Shown in pieces: positions 27,447-44,993 of a stretch of DNA of 64,000 bases. The stretch is from an uncultured Actinomycetes bacterium. Lineage in GTDB: Bacteria; Actinomycetota; Thermoleophilia; RBG-16-64-13. Position numbers and translations under genes: made by a program. Under the pieces are notes generated by a model. The model searched no databases. It had not been told where the DNA came from and was given only the letters and a program-made list of their open reading frames with translations. Each line of letters opens with the position of its first letter. Positions within the stretch are counted from its first letter, which is position 1. The stretch lies in NCBI GenBank assembly GCA_963706025.1, contig CAVPLM010000003.1:640001-704000 (forward strand), in the 5' to 3' direction.

Positions 27447-27522
27447 GCCTCCATAGCTCAGTTGGCAGAGCACTTCCATGGTAAGGAAGGGGTCCTCGGT
27501 TCAAATCCGAGTGGGGGCTCCA
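27447..27522 (+). tRNA. tRNA-Thr(GGT)
   Basis: GCCTCCA/TGGGGGC acceptor, CTTCC-ATGGTAA-GGAAG anticodon arm, encoded CCA. Confidence 0.95.
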
Positions 27523-27528
27523 TGACGG

Positions 27529-27602
27529 GGCGGCGTAGCTCAGTCGGTCAGAGCAGCGGAATCATAATCCGCGTGTCAGAGGTTCGAGTCCTCTCGCCGC
27601 TA
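27529..27602 (+). tRNA. tRNA-Met(CAT), elongator type
   Basis: GGCGGCG/CGCCGCT acceptor, GCGGA-ATCATAA-TCCGC anticodon arm; no encoded CCA. Confidence 0.92.
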
Positions 27603-27656
27603 TTAGGGTTTGTGGTAGCATGCACGGGCGTTATATGACTAGGGAGTGGTGAAGTA

Positions 27657-27806
27657 ATGCGGGTACGGGTAACGATGGCCTGCCAAGAATGCAAGCGCCG
27701 TAACTACACCACCATGAAGAACAAGCGCAACGATCCCGAGCGGATCGAGCTGCGCAAGTACTGCAAGTGGTGCGATACGGTCACGGCCCACAAAGAGACC
27801 AAGTAA
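27657..27806 (+). CDS. rpmG: 50S ribosomal protein L33 (Zn-binding type)
   Basis: [39 protein letters not shown]...; read directly, below the ORF-track cutoff. Confidence 0.96.
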   Translation: MRVRVTMACQECKRRNYTTMKNKRNDPERIELRKYCKWCDTVTAHKETK

Positions 27807-27833
27807 TCGGGCACCGGAAGGCTGGGTAGGCGT

Positions 27834-27909
27834 AGGGCAGTAGCTCCAACGGTAGAGCGCCGGTCTCCAAAACCGGATGTTGGGGGTTCGAATCCCTCCT
27901 GCCCTGCCA
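27834..27909 (+). tRNA. tRNA-Trp(CCA)
   Basis: AGGGCAG/CTGCCCT acceptor, CCGGT-CTCCAAA-ACCGG; canonical position between rpmG and secE. Confidence 0.95.
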
Positions 27910-27935
27910 CTTCTTCTGGAGATCGAGTAGAGACC

Positions 27936-28256
27936 ATGGCAAAGATAGTGAGTGACAAGTCAGCGGGCGAGGCCCAGCCCAAGCAGGCTGGTACCAAGAA
28001 GAGCGCTACTTCGCGCATCGCCGGCGTGCGTCCGTCCTCAGCTCCACGAGGGGCGGTGAGCACCAAGCCGCACGGCCGCGTTCGCACCTTCCTGCGCGAA
28101 GTCAAGATCGAGATGAGCAAGGTCACCTGGCCGCCGCGCAGGGAACTGCTGCAGGCCACCGGGGTGGTCATCATCGCGGTCGTCATAGCCGCTGTCTACA
28201 TCGGCGTGTTCGATTTCATCTGGAACGTGATCGTTCAAACGGTCGGGCTGGGCTGA
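27936..28256 (+). CDS. secE: Preprotein translocase SecE
   Basis: FLREVKIEMSKVTWP plus one TM helix. Confidence 0.95.
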   Translation: MAKIVSDKSAGEAQPKQAGTKKSATSRIAGVRPSSAPRGAVSTKPHGRVRTFLREVKIEMSKVTWPPRRELLQATGVVIIAVVIAAVYIGVFDFIWNVIVQTVGLG

Positions 28257-28298
28257 TCGACGGACCCCAGTCCAACATCGCCGGGAGTCACCACAGCC

Positions 28299-28823
28299 AT
28301 GGATGCCAAGTGGTACGTCATCAATACGTACTCTGGTCACGAGAACAAGGCCCGCGCCAACCTGGAGCACCGCATCCAGTCGATGAACCAGGCGCAGTAT
28401 TTCGAAGAGATCGTCGTGCCGACGGAGCAGGTGGTGGAGACGAAGGGCGGCGAGAAGATCCAGGTGGAGAAGCGCATCTTCCCGGGCTATCTCTTGGTCA
28501 AGATGATCATCACCGACGATTCCTGGTCGCTGGTCAAGAACACCCCGGGGGTGACCGGCTTCGTGGGCTCGGAGAACAAGCCGACCCCGCTCATGCCCTC
28601 GGAGGTCGATCGTATCTTGCACACGTCCACGGTGGAGAAGCCCAAGGCGAAGGCCGAGTTCGTCGTGGGCGACCAGGTGCGGGTGGTTAGCGGACCCCTC
28701 ACCGATTTCACCGGGGAAGTGTCCGAGGTCAATATCGAGCAGAGCAAGCTGAAGGTCATGGTGTCCATCTTCGGGAGGGACACACCGACCGAGCTTGGTT
28801 TCGAGCAGGTCAAGAAGATCTAG
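28299..28823 (+). CDS. nusG: Transcription factor NusG
   Basis: WYVINTYSGHE, FPGYLLV, TPGVTGFVG, KOW domain. Confidence 0.97.
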   Translation: MDAKWYVINTYSGHENKARANLEHRIQSMNQAQYFEEIVVPTEQVVETKGGEKIQVEKRIFPGYLLVKMIITDDSWSLVKNTPGVTGFVGSENKPTPLMPSEVDRILHTSTVEKPKAKAEFVVGDQVRVVSGPLTDFTGEVSEVNIEQSKLKVMVSIFGRDTPTELGFEQVKKI

Positions 28824-28866
28824 GTCGGTCGGACCGCGGATCCTGAGATAGAGACGGAGATTCAAG

Positions 28867-29292
28867 GTGGCGAAGAAGGTACGGGCGATAGTCAAATTGC
28901 AGATAGTGGGAGGCAAGGCCAGCCCGGCACCCCCAGTCGGCCCCGCGTTGGGTCAGCACGGCGTCAATATCATGGAGTTCTGCAAGGCTTACAACGCGGC
29001 CACCCAGGACCGCATCGACCAGGTAGTCCCCGTGGAGCTGACGGTTTTCGAAGACCGTTCATTCACCTTTGTACTCAAGACCGCCCCGGCTGCGGTCCTC
29101 ATCCGCCAGGCCGCCGGTATCGCCAAGGGGTCCGGCAACCCCCGCAAGGAGAAGGTGGGCAAGATCACCAAGGATCAGCTACGGCAGATCGCCGAGGTGA
29201 AGATGCCCGACCTGAACGCTCTCGACGTCGAAGCCGCCATGAACATCCTGGCCGGCACGGCGCGCAGCATGGGAGTCACCGTAGACGAATAA
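28867..29292 (+). CDS. rplK: 50S ribosomal protein L11
   Basis: [21 protein letters not shown]. Confidence 0.98.
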   Translation: MAKKVRAIVKLQIVGGKASPAPPVGPALGQHGVNIMEFCKAYNAATQDRIDQVVPVELTVFEDRSFTFVLKTAPAAVLIRQAAGIAKGSGNPRKEKVGKITKDQLRQIAEVKMPDLNALDVEAAMNILAGTARSMGVTVDE

Positions 29293-29314
29293 GCCCGCAG
29301 CCCGCGGGCCGGAA

Positions 29315-29346
29315 GGTGGGAGGGCTCTGTCGCCCGTCTGACCACC
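29315..29346 (+). promoter_or_regulatory. L1-binding autoregulatory mRNA element
   Basis: GGTGGGAGGGC...GCCCG..GACCACC stem with asymmetric loop directly before the rplA RBS. Confidence 0.6.
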
Positions 29347-29359
29347 AGGAGGTAGCAAG

Positions 29360-30073
29360 TTGAGCAAAAATTCCAAGCGCTTCCAGGAAGCCAAGAAAGC
29401 GATCGAGCCGGGTCGCGTCTATACGCCGCTGGAGGCAGCCAAGTTGCTGAAGGGCATGACTACGGCCAACTTCGACGAGACCGTGGAAGCCCACATCAAG
29501 CTGGGAGTCAATCCTCGTCACGCCGACCAGCAGGTGCGGGGCACGGTCATGCTGCCTCACGGCACCGGCAAGACCGTGCGAGTGGCCGTCTTCGCCAAAG
29601 GGGAGAAGGCCGCCGAGGCCGAGGCCGCCGGCGCCGATCTGGTGGGCGCCGAAGACTTGGCCGCGCAAGTGGAAGGTGGCATGCTCGATTTCGACGCGGC
29701 CATCGCCACCCCGGACATGATGGGCGTGGTGGGTAAGCTGGGCCGGGTGCTCGGTCCCCGTGGTCTCATGCCCAACCCCAAGGCGGGCACGGTGACTTTC
29801 GAGGTGGGCAAGGCCGTGCAGGACATGAAGGCCGGCAAGGTCGAGTACCGTACCGACAAGTTCGGGGTCGTGCACCTGATCGTGGGCAAGAAGTCCTTCG
29901 AAGCCGAGCATTTGGTGGCCAACTACAGCGAGGTGCTGGGGGAGATCGTCCGGGCCAAACCGGCTGCCGCCAAAGGCAAGTACCTGCGCAGCATCACCAT
30001 GACCACAACCATGGGCCCCGGCGTCCCCCTGGATACATCCAAGACCCGGGCTCTCTTGGAAGAAGAAGCCTAG
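29360..30073 (+). CDS. rplA: 50S ribosomal protein L1
   Basis: [23 protein letters not shown]. Confidence 0.98.
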   Translation: MSKNSKRFQEAKKAIEPGRVYTPLEAAKLLKGMTTANFDETVEAHIKLGVNPRHADQQVRGTVMLPHGTGKTVRVAVFAKGEKAAEAEAAGADLVGAEDLAAQVEGGMLDFDAAIATPDMMGVVGKLGRVLGPRGLMPNPKAGTVTFEVGKAVQDMKAGKVEYRTDKFGVVHLIVGKKSFEAEHLVANYSEVLGEIVRAKPAAAKGKYLRSITMTTTMGPGVPLDTSKTRALLEEEA

Positions 30074-30169
30074 CCGGCGAGGCGGCGGAGCGGGTGCCTT
30101 CTCTGGACACCGGCTGCGCGCCGGTCGCCGATGTGGTCATTTGGACCCGTGCTATAATGCCGGGCGTTA

Positions 30170-30310
30170 TCCGCCAGAGACAGCTGGTGCCGCCAAGGCG
30201 GCAGAAGCGGTGAGGTCTTTGGGCCGACCCGCCAGCCGAGGTAGAGTGAGACCGACATAACGGCTCTGTTGAGCCTGTTTCAAGTCATCGTCCGCCTCTG
30301 CTATCGGAGG
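30170..30310 (+). ncRNA. L10 leader
   Basis: AGAGACAGCTGG...CCAGCCGAGG core upstream of rplJ, downstream of an extended -10 (TGCTATAAT, 30150-30158). Confidence 0.7.
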
Positions 30311-30343
30311 TGGACGATTTGTTTTCGAAGGAGGTGAAACAGT

Positions 30344-30868
30344 ATGCCGAGACCGGACAAGGTCGAAGCGGTCAGGGAGATAGCGGCCGACCTTCGGGCC
30401 ACCGATGTCTACTACTTCGTGGACTATCGGGGACTGACTTTCTCGGAGGCCACCGAACTGAGGGCCCGCCTGGTGAAGGTCGACGCCAGCCTCAAGGTGG
30501 TCAAGAACACTCTGGCTAAGATCGCCGCGGTCGATGCCGGCGTGGAGGGTCTGAGCGAACTCCTGCAAGGACCCACGGCCATCGCCTATTGCCATGGCGA
30601 TCCCGTACGGGTGGCCAAGACCATCCAGGACTTCATCAAGGAGAAGAAGAAGGCCGCCATTCGTGGGGGCAAGCTTCAGCGCTCGATGCTGACGGCGTCA
30701 GAAGTGGAGAGACTGGCCGCGCTTCCCAGCCGCGAGCAGCTCATCGCTCAGATGGTCGGCGCCATCGCCGCCCCGTTGACGGGGCTCGTGGGTGTGTTGA
30801 ACGGTCCCATCCGGGGACTGGTGATGGTGCTTGCTCAAGTGCAGGAGCAGAAGGCCAATGCCGCCTGA
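30344..30868 (+). CDS. rplJ: 50S ribosomal protein L10
   Basis: DYRGLT, VVKNTLA, GPTAIA, LPSREQL. Confidence 0.97.
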   Translation: MPRPDKVEAVREIAADLRATDVYYFVDYRGLTFSEATELRARLVKVDASLKVVKNTLAKIAAVDAGVEGLSELLQGPTAIAYCHGDPVRVAKTIQDFIKEKKKAAIRGGKLQRSMLTASEVERLAALPSREQLIAQMVGAIAAPLTGLVGVLNGPIRGLVMVLAQVQEQKANAA

Positions 30869-30947
30869 GAACCGCGCCCTGGGGGGCGCCAGGTGGCTCT
30901 AATGTAGCGAAGGTATGGCAATCGAGATTGGAAGGAGTTGAGCTAAG

Positions 30948-31325
30948 GTGACCCCTCAAGAGCTCATCGAAGAGATCAAGAAGATGTCGGTGCTCGAGCT
31001 GTCGACGCTGGTCAAGGCTCTGGAAGAGGAATTCGGTGTGAGCGCCGCCATGCCCATGGCTATGGCTGCCGCTCCGGCCGGTGCGGCGGCTGCCGCGGTC
31101 GAGGAAGAAGAGAAGACTGAGTTCGACGTTATCCTCAAGGCCGCGGGCGAGAAGAAGATCCAGGTGATCAAAGTCGTGCGGGCCCTCACGGGTCTGGGTC
31201 TGAAAGAAGCGAAGGACCTGGTCGACGGAGCTCCCAATGCGGTGAAGCAGGCCGTGAACAAGGAGGAGGCCGAAGACATCAAGAAGCAACTGGAAGAAGT
31301 GGGCGCGGAGATCGAGGTCAAGTAA
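30948..31325 (+). CDS. rplL: 50S ribosomal protein L7/L12
   Basis: [23 protein letters not shown]. Confidence 0.98.
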   Translation: MTPQELIEEIKKMSVLELSTLVKALEEEFGVSAAMPMAMAAAPAGAAAAAVEEEEKTEFDVILKAAGEKKIQVIKVVRALTGLGLKEAKDLVDGAPNAVKQAVNKEEAEDIKKQLEEVGAEIEVK

Positions 31326-31515
31326 GGTGCGACGCCGTGCCGGGCGCCGGCGAGGCCGGCGCCCGGCACCGTATTTCAGGCTGGCGCCGGCTGTCGCCGG
31401 AGGGACATTGGTCCGACGACGGCCTTGCTTGTTGCGCGCAAAACGGCATGGTAGTATACCTGGTTGCGCGTTGAACCGCTGTGCAAAACCCCTGGCATGC
31501 GAGGAGTGATCCCCT

Positions 31516-34500
31516 TTGGGCGAAAGGAAGACTCCCAGACCGCGTAAATCCTTCTCCAGATTACCCCATATTCTGGACGTTCCCAATCTGATCGCCATCC
31601 AGACCGAGTCGTTCGATTGGTTCAAGACCAAGGGACTCAAAGAGACGATCGAGGACATCAACCCTATCGAGGACTACACGGGCAACTACGCTGTGGAGTT
31701 TGGAGAGTACGAGTTCCACGAGCCGTCGGTCTCGCTGAAGGAATGCCGGGACAAAGACCAGACCTATGCCGCGCCTCTGTTCATAACGGTGCGGTTCGTC
31801 AACCGAGAATCGGGAGAGATACGGGAGCAGAGCGTCTTCATGGGCGACTTCCCCATGATGACCGAGCAAGGCACCTTCATCATCAACGGTACCGAGCGGG
31901 TGATCGTCACCCAGTTGGTGCGGTCGCCGGGCGCCTACGTGATGGCCGCCAAGGACCCCACCAAACAGGTCCTTATCGCCAACCTCATGCCGGCCCGCGG
32001 TTCGTGGCTCGAGTTCGAGATCGACAAACGGGGCGGCGTATCGGTGCGCATCGACCGCAAGCGCAAACTGCCCGCCACCGTCTTTCTCCGCGCCCTGGCC
32101 GGCATCGACTCTGAGAAGACCAAGGACGACCCCGACCTTCTCTCCAAAGGCACCGACGAGGAGATACTCGACCTGTTCGACGGCAATCCCTTCCTCAAGG
32201 CCACTCTGGAAAAGGACTCGGTGCGCTCGGTGGAAGAGGCTCTGGTCGAGCTGTTCAAGAAACAGCGTCCGGGCGAGCCGCCGACGCTCGAGGCCAGCCG
32301 CAACCTACTGTGGAACATCTGCTTCGACCCCAAGCGCTATGACCTCACCCGGGTGGGTCGGCACAAGCTGAACGCCCGTCTCGGTCTCAATACCCCTCTG
32401 GACGTGCGCACCCTCACCAAGGCGGACATCATCGCCCTGGTGCGGGAACTGGTGGCGGTACCACTGGCCATCGATCACGAACACCTTCTGGAGGAGTCGC
32501 GCGACTTGGCCGATGTCGCCTCCAGCCTGCCCTGGGACGAAGTGGCCGGCCGCCTGGACGAGTACGAGCACTTCGGCAATCGCCGGCTGCGCATGGTCGG
32601 CGAGTTGGTGCAGGAAGCCTTCCGGGTCGGCCTTTACCGCATGGAGCGCGTGGTGCGGGAGCGCATGACCACCGAAGACGTCGATACCATCACCCCGCAG
32701 TCCATCATCAACATCCGGCCTGTGGTGGCCGCGCTCAAGGAGTTCTTCGGCAGTTCCCAGCTTTCACAGTTCATGGACCAGACCAACTCCCTGGCCGGGC
32801 TTACCCACCGGCGGCGTCTTTCGGCGTTGGGCGCCGGCGGTCTCACGCGCGAGCGGGCCCCCATCGAGGTGCGCGACGTGCATCCCACCCACTACGGGCG
32901 CATGTGTCCGATCGAGACTCCCGAGGGCCCGAACATCGGTCTCATCGGGTCGCTCTCAAGCTACGCGACCGTCAACGAGTTCGGTTTCATCCAGACTCCC
33001 TACCGGAAGGTCGCCAAAGGCAAGGTGACCGACGAGATCCACTGGCTGACGGCCTACGAGGAAGAGAAGTACACCATCGCTCAGGCGAACGCCCCCGTCG
33101 ATCCCAAGACCAGGTCGTTCGGCGAAGAGACAGTCCTCGCCCGCGCTCCCGGCGGTGAGTACGTGAGCGTGCGTCGCGAGACCGTGGACTACATGGACGT
33201 TTCACCCCAGCAGATCGTCTCGGTGGCCACCGCCCTCATCCCCTTCCTGGAGCACAACGACGCCAACCGCTCCCTCATGGGCTCCAACATGCAGCGTCAG
33301 GCGGTACCGCTCCTGCAGGCCGAGACCCCGCTCATCGGCACCGGCATGGAATATCGCGCGGCCGTCGACACGGGAGACGTTCTCTTGGCGCGGCGAGCGG
33401 GCAAGGTGCGGGGCGTGTCGGCCGACCGTATCCTCATCGAGACGGACGACGGCGACCTCGACTCCTACGACCTGCTCAAGTTCGAACGCTCGAACCAGGG
33501 CACCTTCATTCACCAGAAACCGCTGGTGGACGTGGGAGACGAGGTGGCGGGCGGCGAGGTCCTGGCCGACGGTGCTTCCACCAAGGATGGTGAGCTGGCT
33601 CTGGGTCGCAATCTGCTGGTGGCCTTCATGAGTTGGGAGGGCTACAACTTCGAAGACTCCATCGTCATCAGCGAGCGGCTGGTGAAAGACGACGTGCTCA
33701 CTTCGGTCCACATCGAGGAATACGAGGTCGAGGCCCGCTCTACCAAGCTCGGCGACGAGGAGATCACTCGGGACATCCCCAATCGCTCCGAGGAATCGCT
33801 GGCCGACTTGGACGAAGACGGCGTCGTCCGCATCGGGGCCGAGGTCGCCTCCGGCGACCTCCTGGTCGGCAAGATCACCCCCAAGGGGGAGACGGAGTTG
33901 ACGGCTGAAGAGAAGCTCATCCGCGCCATCTTCAAGGAGAAGGCCCGCGAGGTGCGTGACACCTCTCTCAAAGTGCCGCACGGCGAGAAGGGCGTCGTGA
34001 TCGACGTCAAGGAATTCGCCCGCGAGGCCGGTGACGACCTCTCTCCGGGCGTCAACCGCTTGGTGCGGGTCTATGTAGCCAAGAAACGCAAGATCGCCGA
34101 GGGCGACAAGCTGGCCGGCCGCCACGGGAACAAAGGGGTCATCTCCAAGATCGTCCCCGAAGAGGACATGCCGTTCCTGGAGGACGGCAGCCCGGTCGAC
34201 ATCATTCTCAACCCACTGGGCGTCCCCTCGCGCATGAATATCGGTCAGGTGATGGAGACTCATCTGGGCTGGGCCGCGCACCACGGTTTCTATCAGTTGA
34301 AGCGCAACAAGAAGAGCATGGAGGGAGATCCCCTCTTGACGGGTGACGATCTCGCCCCCGAGGACCAGCTCAAGCTGGTCCGCAAGTACTACGGGATAAC
34401 CGACGAGTCGGCTACTCACGGCCCTGTTCCCATTGCTACCCCGGTGTTCGACGGTGCCACCCAGGTGGAGGTAGACGAGGCCCTCATGGGCTGGATGGCG

Positions 34501-35271
34501 GCCCATCCCGAGCAGGCCTCGGATCCCCTGCGTGTGAAGATGCCCGTCAGCCTGGACAACAACCCCGGCACCCATGTCGCCGGGAAGGTGAAGCTCTACA
34601 ACGGTCGCACGGGCGAGCCCTACGATCAGAGCATCACCGTGGGTTACATGTACATGCTGAAGCTCCACCATTTGGTGGACGACAAGATCCACGCCCGTTC
34701 CACCGGCCCCTACTCGCTCGTGACCCAGCAGCCGCTGGGGGGCAAGGCTCAGTTCGGGGGCCAGCGTTTCGGCGAGATGGAAGTCTGGGCGCTCGAAGCC
34801 CACGGCGCGGCCTATACGCTGCAGGAGATGCTCACCATCAAGTCCGACGACACCCAGGGGCGGGTCAAAGCCTACGAGGCCATCGTCAAGGGCGAGAACA
34901 TCGCTCGTCCGGGCGTGCCCGAGTCCTTCAAGGTCTTGCTGAAAGAGATGCAGTCTCTGGCTCTGGACATCCGGGTGATGAGCGAAGAAGGCGGGGCGCT
35001 CGAGGTGGCCGAGGAGGAGGACGACCTGCTCCGTGCCGCTGAAGAGTTAGGTATCGATCTGACGGCCCGCTACCGGGCCGAGGAGCGGGCCGCCGAGGCT
35101 CAGGCAGCCCTGGTCAGCACTCACCTCGGCTCGGAGTTGGACGAGCAGCGCGACGACGAAGAAGAGTCGGACGAGTTCGAAGGGGCACCCGAGATCGAGA
35201 CCCATGAGATCGACCTGGGCCCTGACGCGGGCGACGTTGAACTGTCTCACTTCGCCGACGAAGCGGAATAG
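31516..35271 (+). CDS. rpoB: RNA polymerase beta subunit
   Basis: [38 protein letters not shown]; acidic C-terminal tail; TTG start. Confidence 0.99.
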   Translation: MGERKTPRPRKSFSRLPHILDVPNLIAIQTESFDWFKTKGLKETIEDINPIEDYTGNYAVEFGEYEFHEPSVSLKECRDKDQTYAAPLFITVRFVNRESGEIREQSVFMGDFPMMTEQGTFIINGTERVIVTQLVRSPGAYVMAAKDPTKQVLIANLMPARGSWLEFEIDKRGGVSVRIDRKRKLPATVFLRALAGIDSEKTKDDPDLLSKGTDEEILDLFDGNPFLKATLEKDSVRSVEEALVELFKKQRPGEPPTLEASRNLLWNICFDPKRYDLTRVGRHKLNARLGLNTPLDVRTLTKADIIALVRELVAVPLAIDHEHLLEESRDLADVASSLPWDEVAGRLDEYEHFGNRRLRMVGELVQEAFRVGLYRMERVVRERMTTEDVDTITPQSIINIRPVVAALKEFFGSSQLSQFMDQTNSLAGLTHRRRLSALGAGGLTRERAPIEVRDVHPTHYGRMCPIETPEGPNIGLIGSLSSYATVNEFGFIQTPYRKVAKGKVTDEIHWLTAYEEEKYTIAQANAPVDPKTRSFGEETVLARAPGGEYVSVRRETVDYMDVSPQQIVSVATALIPFLEHNDANRSLMGSNMQRQAVPLLQAETPLIGTGMEYRAAVDTGDVLLARRAGKVRGVSADRILIETDDGDLDSYDLLKFERSNQGTFIHQKPLVDVGDEVAGGEVLADGASTKDGELALGRNLLVAFMSWEGYNFEDSIVISERLVKDDVLTSVHIEEYEVEARSTKLGDEEITRDIPNRSEESLADLDEDGVVRIGAEVASGDLLVGKITPKGETELTAEEKLIRAIFKEKAREVRDTSLKVPHGEKGVVIDVKEFAREAGDDLSPGVNRLVRVYVAKKRKIAEGDKLAGRHGNKGVISKIVPEEDMPFLEDGSPVDIILNPLGVPSRMNIGQVMETHLGWAAHHGFYQLKRNKKSMEGDPLLTGDDLAPEDQLKLVRKYYGITDESATHGPVPIATPVFDGATQVEVDEALMGWMAAHPEQASDPLRVKMPVSLDNNPGTHVAGKVKLYNGRTGEPYDQSITVGYMYMLKLHHLVDDKIHARSTGPYSLVTQQPLGGKAQFGGQRFGEMEVWALEAHGAAYTLQEMLTIKSDDTQGRVKAYEAIVKGENIARPGVPESFKVLLKEMQSLALDIRVMSEEGGALEVAEEEDDLLRAAEELGIDLTARYRAEERAAEAQAALVSTHLGSELDEQRDDEEESDEFEGAPEIETHEIDLGPDAGDVELSHFADEAE

Positions 35272-35280
35272 GAGTCCTCC

Positions 35281-39606
<4,326 letters not shown>

Positions 39607-39624
39607 CGCTTAACTAGAGGCGTG

Positions 39625-39653
39625 TTGCAGGCCTTCCGAGGCTTTGCTATACT
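39625..39653 (+). promoter_or_regulatory. str operon promoter
   Basis: TTGCAG-N17-TATACT with TG extension. Confidence 0.6.
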
Positions 39654-39742
39654 TCGCGGCCGCTGCGCGGCCAGACGCGTAATATGCGCGCGTCCGCAGA
39701 GCGGCAGGCGAGTTTCACAGTGAGAGCAGACGAGGAGTATTT

Positions 39743-40114
39743 GTGCCGACGATCAACCAGCTGATCCGCAAGGGCCGGGAGGAACAGTCCAAGAGGACCA
39801 AGACCCCTGCTCTCAGAGGCGCGCCCCAGAAGCGCGGGGTTTGTACGCGCGTCTACACCACTACCCCCAAGAAACCCAACTCGGCCCTGAGGAAGGTGGC
39901 GCGTGTGAGGCTGGTCAACGGGATGGAGGTCACGGCCTATATCCCGGGAATTGGGCACAACCTGCAGGAGCACTCCGTGGTCCTCATCCGCGGGGGTCGG
40001 GTGAAGGATCTCCCCGGTGTCCGCTACAAGATCATCCGGGCGGCTCTGGACGCCGCCGGGGTGGCCAATCGCAAGCAAGGCCGCTCCAAGTACGGCGTCA
40101 AATTGAGCAGCTAG
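39743..40114 (+). CDS. rpsL: 30S ribosomal protein S12
   Basis: [28 protein letters not shown]. Confidence 0.99.
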   Translation: MPTINQLIRKGREEQSKRTKTPALRGAPQKRGVCTRVYTTTPKKPNSALRKVARVRLVNGMEVTAYIPGIGHNLQEHSVVLIRGGRVKDLPGVRYKIIRAALDAAGVANRKQGRSKYGVKLSS

Positions 40115-40136
40115 GCACAGGAAGGCACACGCAGTC

Positions 40137-40607
40137 ATGGCAAGAAGAGCTAGAGCGGCCAAGCGGGACATCCAGCCCGACCCGGTATACAGGAGCCGTC
40201 TGGTCACCCAGATGGTCAACCGCATCATGCTCGACGGGAAGAAATCGGTGGCCGAGCACATCATGTACGACGCGATGAACATACTGCGCGAGCGCACCGG
40301 AAACGATCCGGCAGGTGTCCTCAAGGAAGCCGTGGAAAACGTGCGGCCGGCGCTCGAGGTACGATCCCGGCGGGTCGGCGGCGCCAACTACCAAGTGCCG
40401 GTGGAAGTTCCCACCCGTCGTTCCTACACGCTCGCAGTCAGGTGGATGGTCACCCACAGTCGGGCCCGCCGCGAGCACAGCATGGCCGAGCGTCTGGCCG
40501 GCGAGTTGCTGGACGGATACAACCGCACCGGCGTCACTATGAAGAAGAAAGAAGACCTGCTGCGGATGGCTGAAGCCAACAAGGCCTTCGCCCACTACCG
40601 CTGGTAA
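40137..40607 (+). CDS. rpsG: 30S ribosomal protein S7
   Basis: [24 protein letters not shown]. Confidence 0.99.
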   Translation: MARRARAAKRDIQPDPVYRSRLVTQMVNRIMLDGKKSVAEHIMYDAMNILRERTGNDPAGVLKEAVENVRPALEVRSRRVGGANYQVPVEVPTRRSYTLAVRWMVTHSRARREHSMAERLAGELLDGYNRTGVTMKKKEDLLRMAEANKAFAHYRW

Positions 40608-40641
40608 TCTGCAAGGGCAGATCCGGCTGACGAGAGAGAAA

Positions 40642-42771
40642 TTGGCACAAGCGACTGCACATAGACCCGACACCAAGACGGCCCCGCGGCATCCGCTGGC
40701 GATGGTCCGCAACATCGGCATCATGGCTCACATCGATGCCGGTAAGACCACGACCACAGAGCGGATGCTGTACTACACCGGTCGCACTTACAAGATCGGC
40801 GAGGTGCACGACGGCGCGGCGGTAATGGATTGGATGGCCCAGGAGCAGGAGCGGGGCATCACGATCACCTCGGCGGCTACCACCTGCGAATGGCGCGATT
40901 ATCGCATCAACATCATAGACACGCCCGGGCACGTGGACTTCACGATGGAAGTGGAGCGCTCCCTGCGGGTGCTGGATGGGGCCATCGCTCTATTCTGCTC
41001 GGTGGCGGGGGTCGAGCCACAGTCCGAGACGGTGTGGCGGCAGGCGGACAAGTACCAGGTGCCGCGGGTCGCTTTCGTTAACAAGATGGATCGGGTGGGA
41101 GCGGATTTCGCCCAAGGCGTGCAGATGATGGTCGACCGGCTCCACGCCCAGCCACTCGTCATCCAACTGCCTTTGGGCCGGGAGGAGAAGTTCCGGGGAG
41201 TCATCGATCTGGTGCGCATGGTCGCCTATATCTTTGACGACGAGATGGGGGTGGAATGGGACGAGGTCCCCATTCCCGAGGACATGCTTGATCGCGCGCA
41301 GGCCGAGCGGGCCCACATGATCGAGACACTGGCCGAGGACGACGACCGTCTGATGATGGACTACCTGGAGGGCCGGGAGATCGGCGAAGAGCGGCTCAAG
41401 GCCGCCATCCGGCGGGCCACCCTAGACATCGCGCTGACTCCGGTGCTGTGCGGGTCGTCTTTCAAGAACAAGGGCGTGCAGATGCTGCTCGATGCAGTGG
41501 TCGACTATCTCCCTTCACCACTGGACATCCCTCCGGTCGAGGGGATCAATCCCCACAACGGCAAGGCGGTCGTCCGGCATGCAGACGACGAGGAGCCCTT
41601 CTCGGCCATCGCCTTCAAGATCATGTCCGACCCCTTCGTCGGCAAGCTCACCTACTTCCGTGTCTATTCCGGTAGCCTCAAAGCAGGGTCGTATGTCTAC
41701 AACTCCAGCAAGGACAAGAAGGAGCGGGTAGGGCGGATCCTGCAGATGCACGCCAACCACCGTGAGGACATCACCCACGTGTTTGCCGGGGACATCGCCG
41801 CCGCGGTCGGCCTGAAGGGCACTACCACCGGCGATACGCTTTGCGATGCGAGCGGGGCAGTCATACTGGAGTCCATCGAGTTCCCCGAGCCGGTGATCTT
41901 CGTGGCCATCGAGCCGAAGACCAAGGCCGACCAGGACCGGCTCTCCGACAGCCTCATGAGGCTGGCCGACGAGGATCCCACCTTCCGGGTACGCACCGAC
42001 GAGGACACGGGCCAGACCATCATCGCCGGCATGGGCGAGTTGCACCTCGAGATCATCGTCGATCGCCTGCTGCGCGAATTCAAGGTCGACGCGAATGTCG
42101 GCCGGCCCCAGGTGGCCTACCGAGAGGGCATCACCAAAGCGGTGCCCAAGGTCGAGGGCCGGTTCGTCCGGCAGACCGGCGGACGGGGCCAGTACGGTCA
42201 CGTGGTCATCAAGATGGAGCCGAACGAGTATGGGGCGGGATTCGCATTCGAGAACAAGATCGTCGGGGGCGCCGTTCCCAAGGAATACATCCCGGCCGTC
42301 CAGGCGGGCATGATCGAAGCCATGGAGACCGGTGTGCTGGCCGGATTCCCGATGGAGGACGTGAAGGTCGAGTTGATCGACGGCTCCTATCACGAGGTCG
42401 ACTCCTCGGAGATGGCCTTCAAGATCGCGGGCTCCATGGCCTTCCGGGAAGCGGCCAAGAAGGCGCACCCGGTGTTGCTGGAACCTGTCGAGGATGTGGA
42501 AGTGGTCGTGCCCGAGGAGTATATGGGCGAAGTGATGGGTGATCTCAACAGTCGCCGCGGCCACATCGTGGGGATGGAGCCGAGGGCGGGCGTGCAGGTC
42601 ATCCGGTCGACAGTGCCACTGGCACCGATGTTCGGGTATGCTACCGACCTGCGCTCGATGACTCAAGGACGGGCGACGTACACCATGCAGTTCAGCCACT
42701 ATGCTGAGGTGCCCGGTGTTATCGCGCAAGAGATCATCGCCCAGCAGGGCGGCAGAGGTTTACACGACTAA
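40642..42771 (+). CDS. fusA: Elongation factor G
   Basis: [23 protein letters not shown]. Confidence 0.99.
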   Translation: MAQATAHRPDTKTAPRHPLAMVRNIGIMAHIDAGKTTTTERMLYYTGRTYKIGEVHDGAAVMDWMAQEQERGITITSAATTCEWRDYRINIIDTPGHVDFTMEVERSLRVLDGAIALFCSVAGVEPQSETVWRQADKYQVPRVAFVNKMDRVGADFAQGVQMMVDRLHAQPLVIQLPLGREEKFRGVIDLVRMVAYIFDDEMGVEWDEVPIPEDMLDRAQAERAHMIETLAEDDDRLMMDYLEGREIGEERLKAAIRRATLDIALTPVLCGSSFKNKGVQMLLDAVVDYLPSPLDIPPVEGINPHNGKAVVRHADDEEPFSAIAFKIMSDPFVGKLTYFRVYSGSLKAGSYVYNSSKDKKERVGRILQMHANHREDITHVFAGDIAAAVGLKGTTTGDTLCDASGAVILESIEFPEPVIFVAIEPKTKADQDRLSDSLMRLADEDPTFRVRTDEDTGQTIIAGMGELHLEIIVDRLLREFKVDANVGRPQVAYREGITKAVPKVEGRFVRQTGGRGQYGHVVIKMEPNEYGAGFAFENKIVGGAVPKEYIPAVQAGMIEAMETGVLAGFPMEDVKVELIDGSYHEVDSSEMAFKIAGSMAFREAAKKAHPVLLEPVEDVEVVVPEEYMGEVMGDLNSRRGHIVGMEPRAGVQVIRSTVPLAPMFGYATDLRSMTQGRATYTMQFSHYAEVPGVIAQEIIAQQGGRGLHD

Positions 42772-42853
42772 CTACAGGACGACGAACCAAGGGAAACCGG
42801 CTGCCTGGCTGCGGCGGCCGCCTGAGTGATTCAGGTAGAAAGGGAGGAATGAA

Positions 42854-44059
<1,206 letters not shown>

Positions 44060-44069
44060 GAGTCGCCCG

Positions 44070-44378
44070 GTGGCGCAACAGAAAATACGTATCAGGCTTA
44101 AGGCCTACGACCACGAGTTGGTCGATAGAAGCGCGCGGAGCATCGTCGAGACGGCGGAGCGCACCGGCGCCACCGTTTCGGGCCCCGTCCCGCTGCCGAC
44201 GGAGAAGAACGTCTACTGCGTGATCAGGAGCCCGTTCAAGGACAAGGACTCGCGAGAGCATTTCGAGATCAGGACCCACAAGCGCCTGATCGACATCCAC
44301 CAGCCCACCCCCAAGACGGTGGACTCTCTGATGCGCATGGATCTGCCCGCGGGTGTGGACATAGAGATCAAACTGTGA
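44070..44378 (+). CDS. rpsJ: 30S ribosomal protein S10
   Basis: [18 protein letters not shown]; GTG start. Confidence 0.98.
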   Translation: MAQQKIRIRLKAYDHELVDRSARSIVETAERTGATVSGPVPLPTEKNVYCVIRSPFKDKDSREHFEIRTHKRLIDIHQPTPKTVDSLMRMDLPAGVDIEIKL

Positions 44379-44989
44379 TGAAGACGCTGTTAGGCACCAA
44401 GCTGGGCATGACCCAGTTCTTCAACGAGGACGGCACGGTCGTCCGCTGCACGGTCATCCAGGCCGGGCCTTGCCTGGTCACCCAGAAGAAGACGCTCGAA
44501 AAGGACGGCTATGCCGCCACGCAGATCGCCTTCGGTGATGTCAAAGCCAAGAGGCTGAACAAGCCCCTGCTCGGACACCTCAAGAAAGCGGGAGTGACCA
44601 CTCCCAAACGCCACCTCGTCGAGGTGCGGGGCGAGGAAGATCTGGCGGTCGGCGACACCGTCACGGTGGACGTGTTCGCCCCCGGCGATCGGGTGAAAGT
44701 CACCGGCGTGAGCAAGGGCAAAGGCTTCCAGGGTGTCATGAAACGGCACGGGTTCGCGGGAGGACCCGGCTACCATGGCGCCCACTTCCATCGCGCCCCC
44801 GGATCCATCGGGGCTTCGGCCGACCCGGCCCGGGTATTCCCGGGCACCCGGCTTCCTGGGCAGATGGGTAACGTGCGTGTCACGCAGACAGGTCTCACCG
44901 TGGTCGGGACCGACCCCGACAAGAATCTGGTACTGGTCAAAGGCGCGATCCCGGGGAGCAAGGGCTCCTTGGTCGTTATCAGAGGTTAG
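44378..44989 (+). CDS. rplC: 50S ribosomal protein L3
   Basis: [21 protein letters not shown]. Confidence 0.98.
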   Translation: MKTLLGTKLGMTQFFNEDGTVVRCTVIQAGPCLVTQKKTLEKDGYAATQIAFGDVKAKRLNKPLLGHLKKAGVTTPKRHLVEVRGEEDLAVGDTVTVDVFAPGDRVKVTGVSKGKGFQGVMKRHGFAGGPGYHGAHFHRAPGSIGASADPARVFPGTRLPGQMGNVRVTQTGLTVVGTDPDKNLVLVKGAIPGSKGSLVVIRG

Positions 44990-44993
44990 TCCT

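Noticed and set aside
32750-32830. RpoB rifampicin-region variants ([15 protein letters not shown])
   Set aside because: Key Asp, His and Ser are retained; the changes look like lineage variation rather than resistance alleles.
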